Positions 28,929 through 39,518 of a stretch of DNA of 58,341 bases are shown here, in pieces. A program made the translations under genes and the position numbers. Position 1 is the stretch's first letter; each line of letters opens with the position of its first letter. This DNA is from an uncultured Bacilli bacterium (GTDB lineage: Bacteria > Bacillota_I > Bacilli_A > RF39 > UBA660), in contig CANRDE010000004.1 in assembly GCA_947629325.1 (NCBI GenBank), forward strand, positions 1 to 58,341. Reading direction: 5' to 3'. The notes under the pieces are model-generated. The model did not search any database. It had not been told where the DNA came from and was given only the letters and a program-made list of their open reading frames with translations.

Positions 28929-29806
28929 TCATCTCCAATAGATATATTTAAGATTTCCATTATTCTTTCTAAATCTTTTACAGAGTCAAAAGTTATTTCA
29001 ATTTTATTCTTATTAATTTTAACTTTATTGCCGATTTTATCACTAATTATATCTTCATACATGTGAAGTTTAGGATCTATATTAGATATATTAATCGGCT
29101 TTCTTTTAATCATGTCTTGATCATTTAATATATGCTCTATATCGCGCACGTTAAGCTTTTCTTTGACAATTTTTTGAGCTAATTCTTCTATTTTATTTGC
29201 ATCTTCTAATTTACTTAAGGCCCGAGCATGCGAAGCCGATATTTCTTTATTAATGACCATGTTTTGAACATTTTGAGGAAGATTTAACAAACCTAAAAGA
29301 TTGGTAACATAACTTCTACTTTTACCAAATTTGTTTGCAAATTCTTCTTGAGTAAACCCTCTCAATTTAATAATATTCATAATACTTTTGGCTTCATCTA
29401 TTGGATTCAAGTCTTCCCTTTGGATATTTTCTATTAAGGCGATTTCCATCATTTCTTGGTCTGTAAAATCTTTGATAATAGCTGGAATTTCTGTTAATCC
29501 TGCCATCTTAGAGGCTTTGCATCGACGTTCACCAGCAATTAACTCATATCCTTTTATACTTCTTTTTACAATTATGGGTTGGACTATTCCATATTCTTTT
29601 ATTGAAGTAGCCAATTCTTTTAAACTGTCTTCATTAAAATTTGTTCTTGGTTGATAAGGATTACTCCTTATATCAGCTAGTTTTATTAAAACTACATCAT
29701 TTTTATTTTCAGTTACAATTTCTTTTTCAAAATTATCAAAATCGATAACATTATTGGTAAAAAGTTGTTCTAAGCCTCTACCTAGCGCTTTCTTTTTAGT
29801 CTCCAT
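28925..29806 (-). CDS. parB: ParB/Spo0J partition protein
   Basis: ALGRGL, NPYQPR, IAGERR, ENIQREDLNP, HARAL. Confidence 0.97.
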   Translation of the reverse strand: METKKKALGRGLEQLFTNNVIDFDNFEKEIVTENKNDVVLIKLADIRSNPYQPRTNFNEDSLKELATSIKEYGIVQPIIVKRSIKGYELIAGERRCKASKMAGLTEIPAIIKDFTDQEMMEIALIENIQREDLNPIDEAKSIMNIIKLRGFTQEEFANKFGKSRSYVTNLLGLLNLPQNVQNMVINKEISASHARALSKLEDANKIEELAQKIVKEKLNVRDIEHILNDQDMIKRKPINISNIDPKLHMYEDIISDKIGNKVKINKNKIEITFDSVKDLERIMEILNISIGDD

Positions 29807-30581
29807 TTCTACTAATCACTTCCTTTGCTAAGTTTTTATATGCTTCAGTCGCTCTACTAGTTGGATCATATTCATTTATTGGCTTTCCATGGGATGGGGC
29901 CTCAACTAATCTTACTAATCGAGGAATAATAGTGTTGAATACCTTATCTTTAAAATATTTTCTTATTTCTTCTATTACTTCCAAACCAATATTGGTTCGA
30001 CCATCTAACATAGTCAATAAAACTCCTTCTATTCTTAGAGTTGGATTCATACTAGATTGAACCATTATAATAGAATTTAATAATTGGGTAATTCCTTCCA
30101 ACGCAAAAAACTCACATTGTACGGGAATAATCACTGAATCACTAGCCACTAAAGCATTCATTGTTCCTAATCCTAATGATGGTTGACAATCTATAATAAT
30201 ATAATCAAAAATATGTCTGATAGAATTGATGGCATTTTTTAATTGCTCATTTTGATGAAAGTTTTGGTCTTCTAACATTTTTTTTACAAATTCTACATCA
30301 ACACCAGCTAAATTTAATGTAGAGGGAATTATAGCCAAATTATCAAATGGCGTTTTTTTTATTGCCGCTTCTATATTACATTTATTTGTTATAACTTCAT
30401 AAATATCATGCTCAAAATCATTAGAATTTAAACCAAGTCCAGTTGTGGCATTGCTTTGGGGATCTAAATCTATTAATAAAACTTTTTTACCTTCCTTACC
30501 TAAAGCCGCTGCAAGATTAATACTTGTAGTAGTTTTGCCTACTCCTCCTTTTTGATTAACTAATGAAATCACTTTAGCCAT
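29796..30581 (-). CDS. parA: ParA/Soj ATPase
   Basis: NQKGGVGKTT, DLDPQ.NAT, PVQCEFFALEG, EAPSHG. Confidence 0.97.
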   Translation of the reverse strand: MAKVISLVNQKGGVGKTTTSINLAAALGKEGKKVLLIDLDPQSNATTGLGLNSNDFEHDIYEVITNKCNIEAAIKKTPFDNLAIIPSTLNLAGVDVEFVKKMLEDQNFHQNEQLKNAINSIRHIFDYIIIDCQPSLGLGTMNALVASDSVIIPVQCEFFALEGITQLLNSIIMVQSSMNPTLRIEGVLLTMLDGRTNIGLEVIEEIRKYFKDKVFNTIIPRLVRLVEAPSHGKPINEYDPTSRATEAYKNLAKEVISRNGD

Positions 30582-30643
30582 AATACACCTCTAATTTTAT
30601 TTCTACTAAATAATATTTTAACATATAAATAGAATTTAAGATA

Positions 30644-30674
30644 GAAAAAAAAGAAAGAAAATTAATTCTTTCTT
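30644..30674 (-). terminator. terminator after the 84-aa orphan
   Basis: AAGAAAGAA/TTCTTTCTT inverted repeat with T tract. Confidence 0.6.
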
Positions 30675-30677
30675 AAA

Positions 30678-30932
30678 TTATCTTTCCATAAAATATTTTG
30701 TTTCTCCAATATTTGATTCTTTAATATCAAATGTTACCACTGATTTTGGATCTTCCGGATTGCGCCAAACGCCCAATACTTTAAAACCTTTTTTTCTAGC
30801 AACATCCAATATATGAAGATAAGCTTGATGAGCTTTGGCCGCGTCCTGACTACCAACTTCATACAGATATTCTTCTAGATAAAAAATCTTATTTTTATAA
30901 TCTGCATAATTTAATAGATATTCGCTTTGCAT
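30678..30932 (-). CDS. hypothetical protein (84 aa)
   Basis: GAGGGGG RBS; bounded by terminators on both sides. Confidence 0.65.
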   Translation of the reverse strand: MQSEYLLNYADYKNKIFYLEEYLYEVGSQDAAKAHQAYLHILDVARKKGFKVLGVWRNPEDPKSVVTFDIKESNIGETKYFMER

Positions 30933-30974
30933 ATGTCCCCCTCTCCGAAAATATTATATTAATTTTTAAGAATT

Positions 30975-31004
30975 AAAAGACTGTTATATTTTGGCTAACA
31001 GTCT
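30975..31004 (-). terminator. terminator of the alpha operon
   Basis: AGACTGTTA/TAACAGTCT stem then TTT. Confidence 0.7.
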
Positions 31005-31012
31005 AATATTTG

Positions 31013-31354
31013 TTAAATTAATTCAATTCTAACTTCTAAAGCATCATCGCCACGGCGTTCAGACATTTTAATGATTCTAGTATAACCACCATTACGATTT
31101 TCATATTTAGAAGCTAATTCATTAAATATTTTATTAACAACTTCTTTATCATTGTGTAAAAAAGCTAATGCCTTACGGCGAGATACTAATGTTCCTCTTT
31201 TTCCATAAGTAATCATTTTATCAACAAATTTTCTAACTTCTTTAGCTCTAGCCTCTGTAGTTACAACAGATTCATGCATTATAACATCTTTAGTTAATCC
31301 TGCTAAAATGCTTCTTCTAATTCTTGTTTCTCTTCCTAATTTTCTATATGCCAT
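31013..31354 (-). CDS. rplQ: 50S ribosomal protein L17
   Basis: YRKLGR, TTEARAKE, RNGGYTRI. Confidence 0.98.
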   Translation of the reverse strand: MAYRKLGRETRIRRSILAGLTKDVIMHESVVTTEARAKEVRKFVDKMITYGKRGTLVSRRKALAFLHNDKEVVNKIFNELASKYENRNGGYTRIIKMSERRGDDALEVRIELI

Positions 31355-31360
31355 AATCCA

Positions 31361-32308
31361 TTACTCCTTAAATGAAAGTCCTAAATCAGCAACTTTGTCA
31401 AGAACCTCTTTAAGACTCTTTTTACCTAAGTTTCTAATTTTAGTAACTTCTACTTCTCTTTTATCAACTAAATCTTGAACTGTATGTATGCCAGCTCTTT
31501 TCAAACAATTATATGCTCTAACACTGAATTCTACTTCTTCAATTGGGGTTTCCAAAGTTTTGGTAATAGTATCTACTTTCTTTTCTTGCATTAATCCTGA
31601 AAAATCACTAATAGAATTAATGTCTGCTACTATATTAAAATGTTCAACTAATATCTTTGCTGCAAGAGCCATTGCTTCTTCAGGATTCATGCTACCATTT
31701 GTCGTAATTTCCATTATTAATTTATCATAATTTTCATTTTGACCAACACGAGTATCTACTACTTCATATTGTACAAGTTCAATTGGTGAATAAGAAGAAT
31801 CTATTGCTATAGTACCAACTTTAGCATCTTCTAATCTCTTCTTATTTTCTTTTGAATCAACATAACCACGACCATTTTCTACAGTCATTTCCATATCGAT
31901 TTTACCATTTTTTACTAAATTACAAATTACTAAATCTTCATTAATAATTTCAATATCAGCATCATGTTCAATCATGCCAGCGGTAACTGGGCCTTCTTGA
32001 TCACAATATAATCTTATAACTTTTTTATCATTAGAATGATTTTTAACAACTAAATTTTTGACAGCCAAAACAATTGCGGTTACATCTTCTACAATTCCTT
32101 CAATTTTTTGAAATTCATGTAAAACGCCTTCTATTTTAATACTGGTAACAGCACTTCCAGGCAAGCTTGATAACATTACTCTTCTTAAAGCATTACCTAT
32201 AGTAGTACCAAATCCTCTTTCTAATGGTTCTAATTCAAATCTGCCAAAATGAATACTTTCGATGTAATCAGTAATTTTATATTCAGGTTTATCAAATTTT
32301 ATCATCAT
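31361..32308 (-). CDS. rpoA: RNA polymerase alpha subunit
   Basis: EPLERGFGTTIGNALRR, SVRAYNCLKR, NLGKKSL. Confidence 0.99.
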   Translation of the reverse strand: MMIKFDKPEYKITDYIESIHFGRFELEPLERGFGTTIGNALRRVMLSSLPGSAVTSIKIEGVLHEFQKIEGIVEDVTAIVLAVKNLVVKNHSNDKKVIRLYCDQEGPVTAGMIEHDADIEIINEDLVICNLVKNGKIDMEMTVENGRGYVDSKENKKRLEDAKVGTIAIDSSYSPIELVQYEVVDTRVGQNENYDKLIMEITTNGSMNPEEAMALAAKILVEHFNIVADINSISDFSGLMQEKKVDTITKTLETPIEEVEFSVRAYNCLKRAGIHTVQDLVDKREVEVTKIRNLGKKSLKEVLDKVADLGLSFKE

Positions 32309-32328
32309 ACAATATTCCTTTCTTTAGT

Positions 32329-32712
32329 TTAATTTCTTGGTCTCTTTGGTGGACGACATCCATTATGTGGAACTGGAGTTTCATCTATTATACTAGTTAC
32401 TTCCAAACCAGCTGTTTGTAAGGATCTAATAGCATTTTCTCTTCCAGGTCCTAATCCTTTTACATGTACTTCTACTTTTTTAACTCCTTGCTCTATTGCG
32501 GCAGAGGCAGCTGCTTCAGCTGTTAAACCAGCAGCATAAGGAGTTTTTTTCTTACTACCTAAATAACCAATTCTTCCAGCGCTAGACCAAGCTATTGCAT
32601 TTCCGTCTTTATCGGAAATAGTAACAATTGTATTATTATATGTTGATTGAATATGAGCCTCAGCTTCTGGAATATTCTTTTTAATTTTTCTTTTTCTTCT
32701 ATTATATGCCAT
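32329..32712 (-). CDS. rpsK: 30S ribosomal protein S11
   Basis: [16 protein letters not shown]. Confidence 0.98.
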   Translation of the reverse strand: MAYNRRKRKIKKNIPEAEAHIQSTYNNTIVTISDKDGNAIAWSSAGRIGYLGSKKKTPYAAGLTAEAAASAAIEQGVKKVEVHVKGLGPGRENAIRSLQTAGLEVTSIIDETPVPHNGCRPPKRPRN

Positions 32713-32722
32713 AAGTTAACCT

Positions 32723-33097
32723 CTACTTTCCAACCTTTTTCTTATTAGCGACAACTTTACCTTTACCCTTACGAGTTTTAGCATTTCTATTAGTTCTTTG
32801 ACCTCTTACAGGTAATCCTTTTTTGTGTCTTATTCCTTGATAACAATTTATTTCCATTTTATTCTTAATATTCATTTGAACATCTCTACGTAAATCACCT
32901 TCGACAACATATTTATCGACTTCTTTACGTAACTTGATAATTTCTTCTTCAGTTAAATCTTTTATTTTCTTTGATGGCTCTACGCCAGCATCCTTACAAA
33001 TAGTTTTTGCAAGGGGACGACCAATTCCATAAATTGCAGTAAGTCCTATACAAGTATGTTTTTCATTTGGTAAATCAATATTTTTAATTCTTGCCAT
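32723..33097 (-). CDS. rpsM: 30S ribosomal protein S13
   Basis: [16 protein letters not shown]. Confidence 0.98.
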   Translation of the reverse strand: MARIKNIDLPNEKHTCIGLTAIYGIGRPLAKTICKDAGVEPSKKIKDLTEEEIIKLRKEVDKYVVEGDLRRDVQMNIKNKMEINCYQGIRHKKGLPVRGQRTNRNAKTRKGKGKVVANKKKVGK

Positions 33098-33106
33098 TTT
33101 ATCCTC

Positions 33107-33220
33107 CTAACCTTGTACTTGTTTGTGTTTAGGGTTATCACAAATAACCATAACTTTTCCATTTCTTCTTATAATTTTACATTTTTTGCATATTTTCTTT
33201 ACTGATGGTCTAACTTTCAT
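33107..33220 (-). CDS. rpmJ: 50S ribosomal protein L36 (not in the ORF track)
   Basis: Manual translation [37 protein letters not shown]. Confidence 0.97.
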   Translation of the reverse strand: MKVRPSVKKICKKCKIIRRNGKVMVICDNPKHKQVQG

Positions 33221-33230
33221 AAATACTCTC

Positions 33231-33491
33231 CTATCTTTTATTCCATGTAATTATCCCACGTGTTAAGTCGTAAGGCGACAATTGTACTGTAACGGTATCA
33301 CCCGGTAAAATACGTATCATATTAATGCGCATTTTACCAGAAACGTAGGCTTTTACAGTATGGCCATTAGCAAGTTCGACTAAATAATCAGAGCCTTTTA
33401 GAACTTCAATGACTTTGCCTTCAACTTCAATTTTATCATCTTTTTTTGATTCTGCTATTTTTTTGTTTTTGAATTTATTGGAATCTGCCAA
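33231..33491 (-). CDS. infA: translation initiation factor IF-1 (N-terminally extended)
   Basis: IEVEG.V, SGKMR...[18 protein letters not shown]. Confidence 0.96.
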   Translation of the reverse strand: MADSNKFKNKKIAESKKDDKIEVEGKVIEVLKGSDYLVELANGHTVKAYVSGKMRINMIRILPGDTVTVQLSPYDLTRGIITWNKR

Positions 33492-33509
33492 AATTTCTCA
33501 CTCTCCTAT

Positions 33510-34253
33510 TTAAGCTTTTGTTAATATAACATATCCATCTTTTGTTACTAGTATAGTATGTTCAAAGTGGGCACTAGGTAACCCATCTTCAGTTTTAATT
33601 GTCCAATCGTTATTTTCCATATATATGTGCCTGCTGCCTAAATTTAGCATTGGTTCTACAGCTATAACCATGCCAGCTTTTAATCTTGTCGGGTCTTTAG
33701 TAAAATAATTGGGAACATTAGGATCTTCATGAACACTAGTTCCAACCCCATGACCAACTAATTCTCTAACAACTCCAAGATGGTTGGCCTTAGCAAAATT
33801 TTCTATTTTGCTTCCAATGTCACTTATTTTAGCACCATCTTTAATAACACTCAAGCCCTCATATAAGGATTTTTTGGTATTTTCAACTAAATCTTCTACT
33901 TCTTTAGGAACTTTTCCAACAATATATGTATTAGCTGAATCTGAATGATATCCTTTATATTCAACGCCAATATCAACTGATACTATATCTCCCTCTTTAA
34001 TTTTTCTTTTTGAAGGAATTCCATGAACTACTTCATCATTTATAGATACACAGATACTTGCTGGATAACCTTCAAAATTTAAAAAAGAAGGTTTACAATC
34101 ATGAGCCAAAATAAATTGGTGAGCTATATCGTTTAAAGCCTTTGTAGATATACCAGGCTTAATATTTTTAGCTACTTCTTGATGAGTCAAATAATTGATA
34201 TATCCAGCATGTTTCATTAATTCAATTTCTCTATCACTTTTTATACTAATCAT
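33510..34253 (-). CDS. map: methionine aminopeptidase
   Basis: SINDEVVHGIP, GHGVG, EPM, SAHFEHT. Confidence 0.98.
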   Translation of the reverse strand: MISIKSDREIELMKHAGYINYLTHQEVAKNIKPGISTKALNDIAHQFILAHDCKPSFLNFEGYPASICVSINDEVVHGIPSKRKIKEGDIVSVDIGVEYKGYHSDSANTYIVGKVPKEVEDLVENTKKSLYEGLSVIKDGAKISDIGSKIENFAKANHLGVVRELVGHGVGTSVHEDPNVPNYFTKDPTRLKAGMVIAVEPMLNLGSRHIYMENNDWTIKTEDGLPSAHFEHTILVTKDGYVILTKA

Positions 34254-34888
34254 TTTAAAATTTCCTTAATTTTCTCTGTTATCATATCTAATTTCATAGA
34301 TGTATCTACAATATGCATTTTATTTTTTTCTTTATAATATTCTTTTATTGGATCAATATTTTCTAAAAAAGTATTAAATCTTATTTTAAATGATTCTTCA
34401 TTATCATCTGTTCTTTTCATTAATTCTTTTCCACATTTATCACATATATTATTTGTTTTAGGTTTAAGGTTTTCATAATACATATTGTAAGATGCACCAC
34501 AAGAACAGGTTAGACGACCTAATGCTCTTTTTAATGCTTCCTCTAAACTGATATCAAGATAAATAACCTCATAATTTTGAATATTTAATTCTTTAAATAA
34601 TTCATCTAACATTTTTGCTTGATTTAAAGTTCTTGGAAACCCATCTAATATAAATGGTTCCTTATTATTTTGCAATTTAGCTTTAATTAATCTAAATACA
34701 ATTTCATCATCTACTAAATGTCCCGCAGTAATTATTTCGTTTATTTTTAGACCAATTTCGCTTCCTTTGGCAATTTCTTCTCTAAGCATATCACCTGTTG
34801 AAATATGTTTATAACCTATTTCAACTAATTTTTCACTTTGAGTCCCTTTACCAGAAGAAGGTGGAGCAATAAAAATTACATTTTTCAT
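34250..34888 (-). CDS. adk: adenylate kinase
   Basis: PPSSGKGTQ, HISTGDMLR, LDGFPR, Cys-containing LID. Confidence 0.97.
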   Translation of the reverse strand: MKNVIFIAPPSSGKGTQSEKLVEIGYKHISTGDMLREEIAKGSEIGLKINEIITAGHLVDDEIVFRLIKAKLQNNKEPFILDGFPRTLNQAKMLDELFKELNIQNYEVIYLDISLEEALKRALGRLTCSCGASYNMYYENLKPKTNNICDKCGKELMKRTDDNEESFKIRFNTFLENIDPIKEYYKEKNKMHIVDTSMKLDMITEKIKEILK

Positions 34889-36150
34889 TATCTAATCCTT
34901 TTTCTCTTTTCCTTGTAGCTTCTTGCTAATAAGCTACTTTCAAGTTGCTTGTATGTTTCAATAGCAACTCCAACAACTATAATTAAACCAGTTCCTCCAA
35001 ATGTAACAGTTGATGGCAAATTTGTAAATTTGCTAACTAAAACAGGAAGAATGGCAATAATCATTAAAAATATATTTCCTACAATAGATAATTTACTAAT
35101 TGAATTACTAATATATTTAGATGTATCATTTCCTGGTCTTATCCCCGGAATATATCCGCCTCTTTCATTTAGGTTTTTACTCATTTCTTCAGGGTTCATT
35201 ATCATGAATGTATAGAAATAACCAAAGAATAATATTAATACCATATAAAGTATCATCCCAGTATTAGATGTATATACAATATATTTATTTATAAAATTCA
35301 TAGCGCTTTCATTTTTTAAAAGGGCTACAATTGTAGATGGTACAGTTAATAATATTTGCGCGAATATTACGGGAATAACTCCGGCAGAATTTAATTTTAT
35401 TGGCAAATAACTTTGTTCTGCTCCATATGCACTAGTAGTTCTATTAGCATATTGAATAGGAATTCTTCTTTCTGCTAATTGGATGTATATAATACCTACT
35501 AAAATCAATAAATAAACTAAAATAAATATTATAAATAATATAATTCCCATCATTAATTCATATGAACCATTTATAAAGGTATTATAAGCTCCGGTAAATA
35601 TTCTTGGCATGCTGAATAAAATACCAGCTAAAATTATCATTGAAGTTCCATTACCAATTCCTTTTTTAGTAATCTGATCTCCTAACCATAAACAAAAGGC
35701 GGTTCCAGCAGTCATTACTAATGAAGTTTTAATTATTTCCATTGTACTTAAACCTTGCATATAGAATAAACATAAGGCATAGGCTTGAACAAATCCAAAT
35801 AAAATAGCTAAATATCTTGTTATTTTATTTATTTTTTGACGACCTGTGTATCCCTCATCTTTTAACTCTTTAAAATAAGGAATAATGTCCATTTGCAATA
35901 ATTCTGTAATAATGGAAGCCGTAATATATGGCGAAACTCCTAATGCAAAGATGGAAAAGTTTTGTAATCCACCACCACTCATTAAGTTAAAAATTTCTAG
36001 AAATCCAAGTTCTTGATATATTCTAGATGCCCAAGGAATGGTAATTGTTGTACCTAAACAGAATAGACCCAAACAGGCTAATGTAAAATATATTCTTTTT
36101 CTTAAATCTTTATTAGATTTGCTGAAAAGTTGGGAAAACCCACGAAACAT
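34888..36150 (-). CDS. secY: preprotein translocase SecY
   Basis: SIFALGVSPYITASI, GIGNG.S, IPGIRPG. Confidence 0.98.
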   Translation of the reverse strand: MFRGFSQLFSKSNKDLRKRIYFTLACLGLFCLGTTITIPWASRIYQELGFLEIFNLMSGGGLQNFSIFALGVSPYITASIITELLQMDIIPYFKELKDEGYTGRQKINKITRYLAILFGFVQAYALCLFYMQGLSTMEIIKTSLVMTAGTAFCLWLGDQITKKGIGNGTSMIILAGILFSMPRIFTGAYNTFINGSYELMMGIILFIIFILVYLLILVGIIYIQLAERRIPIQYANRTTSAYGAEQSYLPIKLNSAGVIPVIFAQILLTVPSTIVALLKNESAMNFINKYIVYTSNTGMILYMVLILFFGYFYTFMIMNPEEMSKNLNERGGYIPGIRPGNDTSKYISNSISKLSIVGNIFLMIIAILPVLVSKFTNLPSTVTFGGTGLIIVVGVAIETYKQLESSLLARSYKEKRKRIR

Positions 36151-36594
36151 CTAAATCACCTCAGCTTTGCCACCGGCTTCTTCAATTTTAGTAACAGCCT
36201 TTGAAGAAAATCTTTGTGCTTTAATAGTTAATTTTTTATCTAAATTTCCATTAGCTAAAACTTTAATACCACACAAACTCTTTTTAATAATTCCTCTTTC
36301 TTTCAATATTTCTGGTGTAACAACATCACCATCTTTAAAGAATTTACTTAAATCATTTAAATTAATTGTTGCAAATTCACATCTAAATCTTTTGTTATTA
36401 AATCCTCTTTTTGGTAATCTTCTATATAAAGGAGATTGTCCACCTTGAAACCAAGCTGGAATAGATGCACCACTTCTAGCCTTTTGGCCTTTTTCTCCAC
36501 GGGTAGAAGTCTTACCCATTCCACTTCCTGGTCCCCTTCCAACTCTTTTTATTGTTTTTGTTTCTTTAGATTTTGGTAAATTTTCTAACTTCAT
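36151..36594 (-). CDS. rplO: 50S ribosomal protein L15
   Basis: RVGRGPGSGMGKTS.RG.KGQ; start moved to MKLENL at 36594. Confidence 0.97.
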   Translation of the reverse strand: MKLENLPKSKETKTIKRVGRGPGSGMGKTSTRGEKGQKARSGASIPAWFQGGQSPLYRRLPKRGFNNKRFRCEFATINLNDLSKFFKDGDVVTPEILKERGIIKKSLCGIKVLANGNLDKKLTIKAQRFSSKAVTKIEEAGGKAEVI

Positions 36595-36595
36595 A

Positions 36596-37114
36596 TTATA
36601 ATTCCTCCACCTTTTTGCCACGAAGGGCTGCAATGTGTTCTGGAGTTTTTTGACTTTTTAGAGCTTTTAAAGTAGCTTTAGCTACATTAATTTGGGTATT
36701 TGCTCCTAAGCTTTTAGCTACTATATCTTTGACACCAGCAAGTTCTAATACTGCTCTAGCTGCTCCTCCAGCAATAATACCGCGTCCTTCTTTAGCAGGC
36801 TTAATTAAAACTACACTTCTACCAACCTTTGCTGTTTCATCATGTGGTATAGTCCTATTATCGATTAAAGATATTTTATTAACATTTTTATTAGCAGCTT
36901 GTATTGCTTTTTTTATTGCTTCTGAAACTTCATTGGCTTTTCCTGTACCGATTCCAATTAAACCTTTACGGTTACCAACAGCTACATCTGCTTTAAAACG
37001 AAAATGTCTACCACCTTTAGTAACTTTTGTTACCTTTGATATGGCGATTACTTTTTCTTCCAATAAATTTTTCTTAGCATCATTATTTTTTCTGTTAACA
37101 ACTTTTTTGTCCAT
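36596..37114 (-). CDS. rpsE: 30S ribosomal protein S5
   Basis: KVTKGGR, IIAGG..RAVLELAG. Confidence 0.98.
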   Translation of the reverse strand: MDKKVVNRKNNDAKKNLLEEKVIAISKVTKVTKGGRHFRFKADVAVGNRKGLIGIGTGKANEVSEAIKKAIQAANKNVNKISLIDNRTIPHDETAKVGRSVVLIKPAKEGRGIIAGGAARAVLELAGVKDIVAKSLGANTQINVAKATLKALKSQKTPEHIAALRGKKVEEL

Positions 37115-37123
37115 ATTTCCTCC

Positions 37124-37480
37124 CTATATCTCTAATCCTGCTTCTCTAGCAGCATCTGCTAGAGCGCTTACCCGACCATGATATAAGTATCCACCACGGT
37201 CAAAAACTACTTTGGCAATTTTGGCCTTTTTACATTTTTCTGCAATATCTTTACCTACTAATTTAGCAGCATCAATATTACCACCATTTGCAAGTTTTAA
37301 ACTACGACTTGAAGATGAGACTAAAGTTGTACCAGTTGTATCATCTATGACTTGAGCATATATTTCAGAATTTGATCTAAATACATTCAATCTTGGGGTT
37401 TCTTTAGTACCACTGATATTTTTTCTTACTCTTTTATGTCTTATTTGACGAAGATCATTTTTAGATTCTTTTCTTATCAT
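37124..37480 (-). CDS. rplR: 50S ribosomal protein L18
   Basis: [22 protein letters not shown]. Confidence 0.98.
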   Translation of the reverse strand: MIRKESKNDLRQIRHKRVRKNISGTKETPRLNVFRSNSEIYAQVIDDTTGTTLVSSSSRSLKLANGGNIDAAKLVGKDIAEKCKKAKIAKVVFDRGGYLYHGRVSALADAAREAGLEI

Positions 37481-37491
37481 ATTTTACCTCC

Positions 37492-38028
37492 TTAAGCCGC
37501 TTTCTTTCCCTCTTTACGACGAACAATTTCGCCTTTATAACGAATACCTTTACCTTTATAAGGTTCTGGTTCTCTTACTTTTCTAATGTTGGCAGCAAAT
37601 TCTGAAACTTTTTGTTTATCAATACCTTTGATAGTAAGTTCAGTATTACTAATAAGCTCAGCTTTTAATCCCTCGGGAACAACGATTTCCACAGGATGAG
37701 AAAAACCAGCACTAATAACTATTTTATTTCCTTGAACATTAAATCTGTAACCAACACCAACTGCTTCCAAGCCTTTTTCAAATCCTTTAGAGACACCTTC
37801 TAACATACTTTTGATTAAAGAGTTAGTAGTACCTTGCATTACATTTGCTCTTTTTGATTCGTTTTTTTGCTTAGTTTTAATATTTCCATCGGTAATTACT
37901 ACTTCAATTAAAGGATTAATATTTAAAGTTAATTCACCTTTAGATCCCTTAACTAATAAAGTATTTTCTTCTTTTGAAACAGTAACACCTTCTGGAATAA
38001 CTAAATTTCTTTCTCCGATTCTACTCAT
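37492..38028 (-). CDS. rplF: 50S ribosomal protein L6
   Basis: MSRIG, PEPYKGKGIRY. Confidence 0.98.
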   Translation of the reverse strand: MSRIGERNLVIPEGVTVSKEENTLLVKGSKGELTLNINPLIEVVITDGNIKTKQKNESKRANVMQGTTNSLIKSMLEGVSKGFEKGLEAVGVGYRFNVQGNKIVISAGFSHPVEIVVPEGLKAELISNTELTIKGIDKQKVSEFAANIRKVREPEPYKGKGIRYKGEIVRRKEGKKAA

Positions 38029-38034
38029 AATTAC

Positions 38035-38433
38035 TTACCAAATATAGGCAAGGACTTCGCCTCCTAACTTAGCTTTTCTAGCTTCTTTATCAGTCATTAA
38101 ACCTTTAGAAGTAGAAATTATTGCAATACCTAAGCCGTTTAGAACACGAGGAACTTCATCAGCTTTTGCATATACTCGTAAGCCAGATTTACTTATTCTT
38201 TTAAGACCAGTAATAACTCTTTCTTTTTTATTACCATATTTAAGTGTTAAAGTTAATTTATCACCTTGAGTACATTTTTCATAATTAAAATCTTCTATAT
38301 AACCTTCACGTTTTAATATTTCTGCAATACCTAAAGTCATTTTAGTACCAATTACTTCAACTGTTTGATATTTCATAATATTTGCATTACGTATACGAGT
38401 TAACATATCTGCTATTTTATCTTGTACAAACAT
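38035..38433 (-). CDS. rpsH: 30S ribosomal protein S8
   Basis: [21 protein letters not shown]; start moved to 38433. Confidence 0.97.
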   Translation of the reverse strand: MFVQDKIADMLTRIRNANIMKYQTVEVIGTKMTLGIAEILKREGYIEDFNYEKCTQGDKLTLTLKYGNKKERVITGLKRISKSGLRVYAKADEVPRVLNGLGIAIISTSKGLMTDKEARKAKLGGEVLAYIW

Positions 38434-38447
38434 ATTGTTCCTCCCTT

Positions 38448-38633
38448 TTACCAACTAGATTTCTTTACGCCAGGTATTTGGCCTTTATTTGCAAGTTCTC
38501 TAAAACAAATACGGCATAATTTAAATTTACTTAATACAGCGTGTGGTCTTCCACATCTTTCACATCTTGTATATTCCCTTGTTGAAAACTTTTGCTTTCT
38601 TTGATTTTTTATGATCATACTTTTCTTAGCCAT
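38448..38633 (-). CDS. rpsZ: 30S ribosomal protein S14, Zn-binding type
   Basis: 61 aa, RCERCGR...LCRICFR. Confidence 0.97.
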   Translation of the reverse strand: MAKKSMIIKNQRKQKFSTREYTRCERCGRPHAVLSKFKLCRICFRELANKGQIPGVKKSSW

Positions 38634-38641
38634 AATAACAC

Positions 38642-39181
38642 CTAACCTTTAAATGGCATTCCAAATGCCTTTAGTAATGCATGAGCTTCATCATTACTCT
38701 TTGCTGTGGTAACAAATACAATATCCATACCACGAATTTTATAAACATTATCATATTCAATTTCAGGGAAAATTAATTGTTCTTTTATACCTAAAGTATA
38801 GTTTCCTTTTCCATCAAAAGCATGATTTGATACACCACGGAAATCTCTAACTCTTGGTAATCCTACTTTTATTAATTTTTCCATAAAATTATACATGTTT
38901 TCGCCTCTTAATGTTACTTTTACACCAACAGGTTGTCCTTCTCTTAATTTAAAACCAGCAATTGATTTACGAGCCTTAGTTACAACAGCTTTTTGGCCAG
39001 CTATTGTTTCTAAATCTTTTTGAGCTGCTTCAATGAATTTTACATCATGTGATCCTTCGCCAACACCCATATTAATAACTATTTTTTCAATTTTAGGTAC
39101 TTGCATTACACTTTTATAATGGAATTCTTTCATTAAATCAGCTTTTATTTTTGATTCATATAATTCTTTAAAATTACTCAT
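38642..39181 (-). CDS. rplE: 50S ribosomal protein L5
   Basis: [22 protein letters not shown]. Confidence 0.98.
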   Translation of the reverse strand: MSNFKELYESKIKADLMKEFHYKSVMQVPKIEKIVINMGVGEGSHDVKFIEAAQKDLETIAGQKAVVTKARKSIAGFKLREGQPVGVKVTLRGENMYNFMEKLIKVGLPRVRDFRGVSNHAFDGKGNYTLGIKEQLIFPEIEYDNVYKIRGMDIVFVTTAKSNDEAHALLKAFGMPFKG

Positions 39182-39189
39182 AAATTCAC

Positions 39190-39510
39190 CTACTTACTAG
39201 CTTTCTTTGTAGACTTCTTCGCTGTTTTTTCTTCAGAATCTACCTTTTTTACTTTTTCTACTTTTTTGGTTTCTTTCTTTTCTGGTTTATTATCTTTTAT
39301 TAATTTTACATTTGATACATGGATTGGCATTTCAATATCAAAAATACCACCCTTATCATTATTAGTTCTTGGTTTTGAATGTCTTTTGGAAATATTGATT
39401 CCTTCAACAATAATTTTATTTTCAGCTTTCAAAGTTTTGATTACTTTACCTGTTTTTCCTTTATCTTTTCCAGTTAGAACTTGAACATTATCATTTACTT
39501 TTATCTTCAT
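39190..39510 (-). CDS. rplX: 50S ribosomal protein L24 with K/E-rich tail
   Basis: GKDKGK.GKV, VEGIN, PIHVSNV. Confidence 0.96.
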   Translation of the reverse strand: MKIKVNDNVQVLTGKDKGKTGKVIKTLKAENKIIVEGINISKRHSKPRTNNDKGGIFDIEMPIHVSNVKLIKDNKPEKKETKKVEKVKKVDSEEKTAKKSTKKASK

Positions 39511-39518
39511 ATTTCCTC

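Noticed and set aside
28925-30680. parS sites or oriC near parAB
   Set aside because: No TGTTNCACGTGAAACA palindrome or DnaA-box cluster noticed by eye; dnaA not in the window
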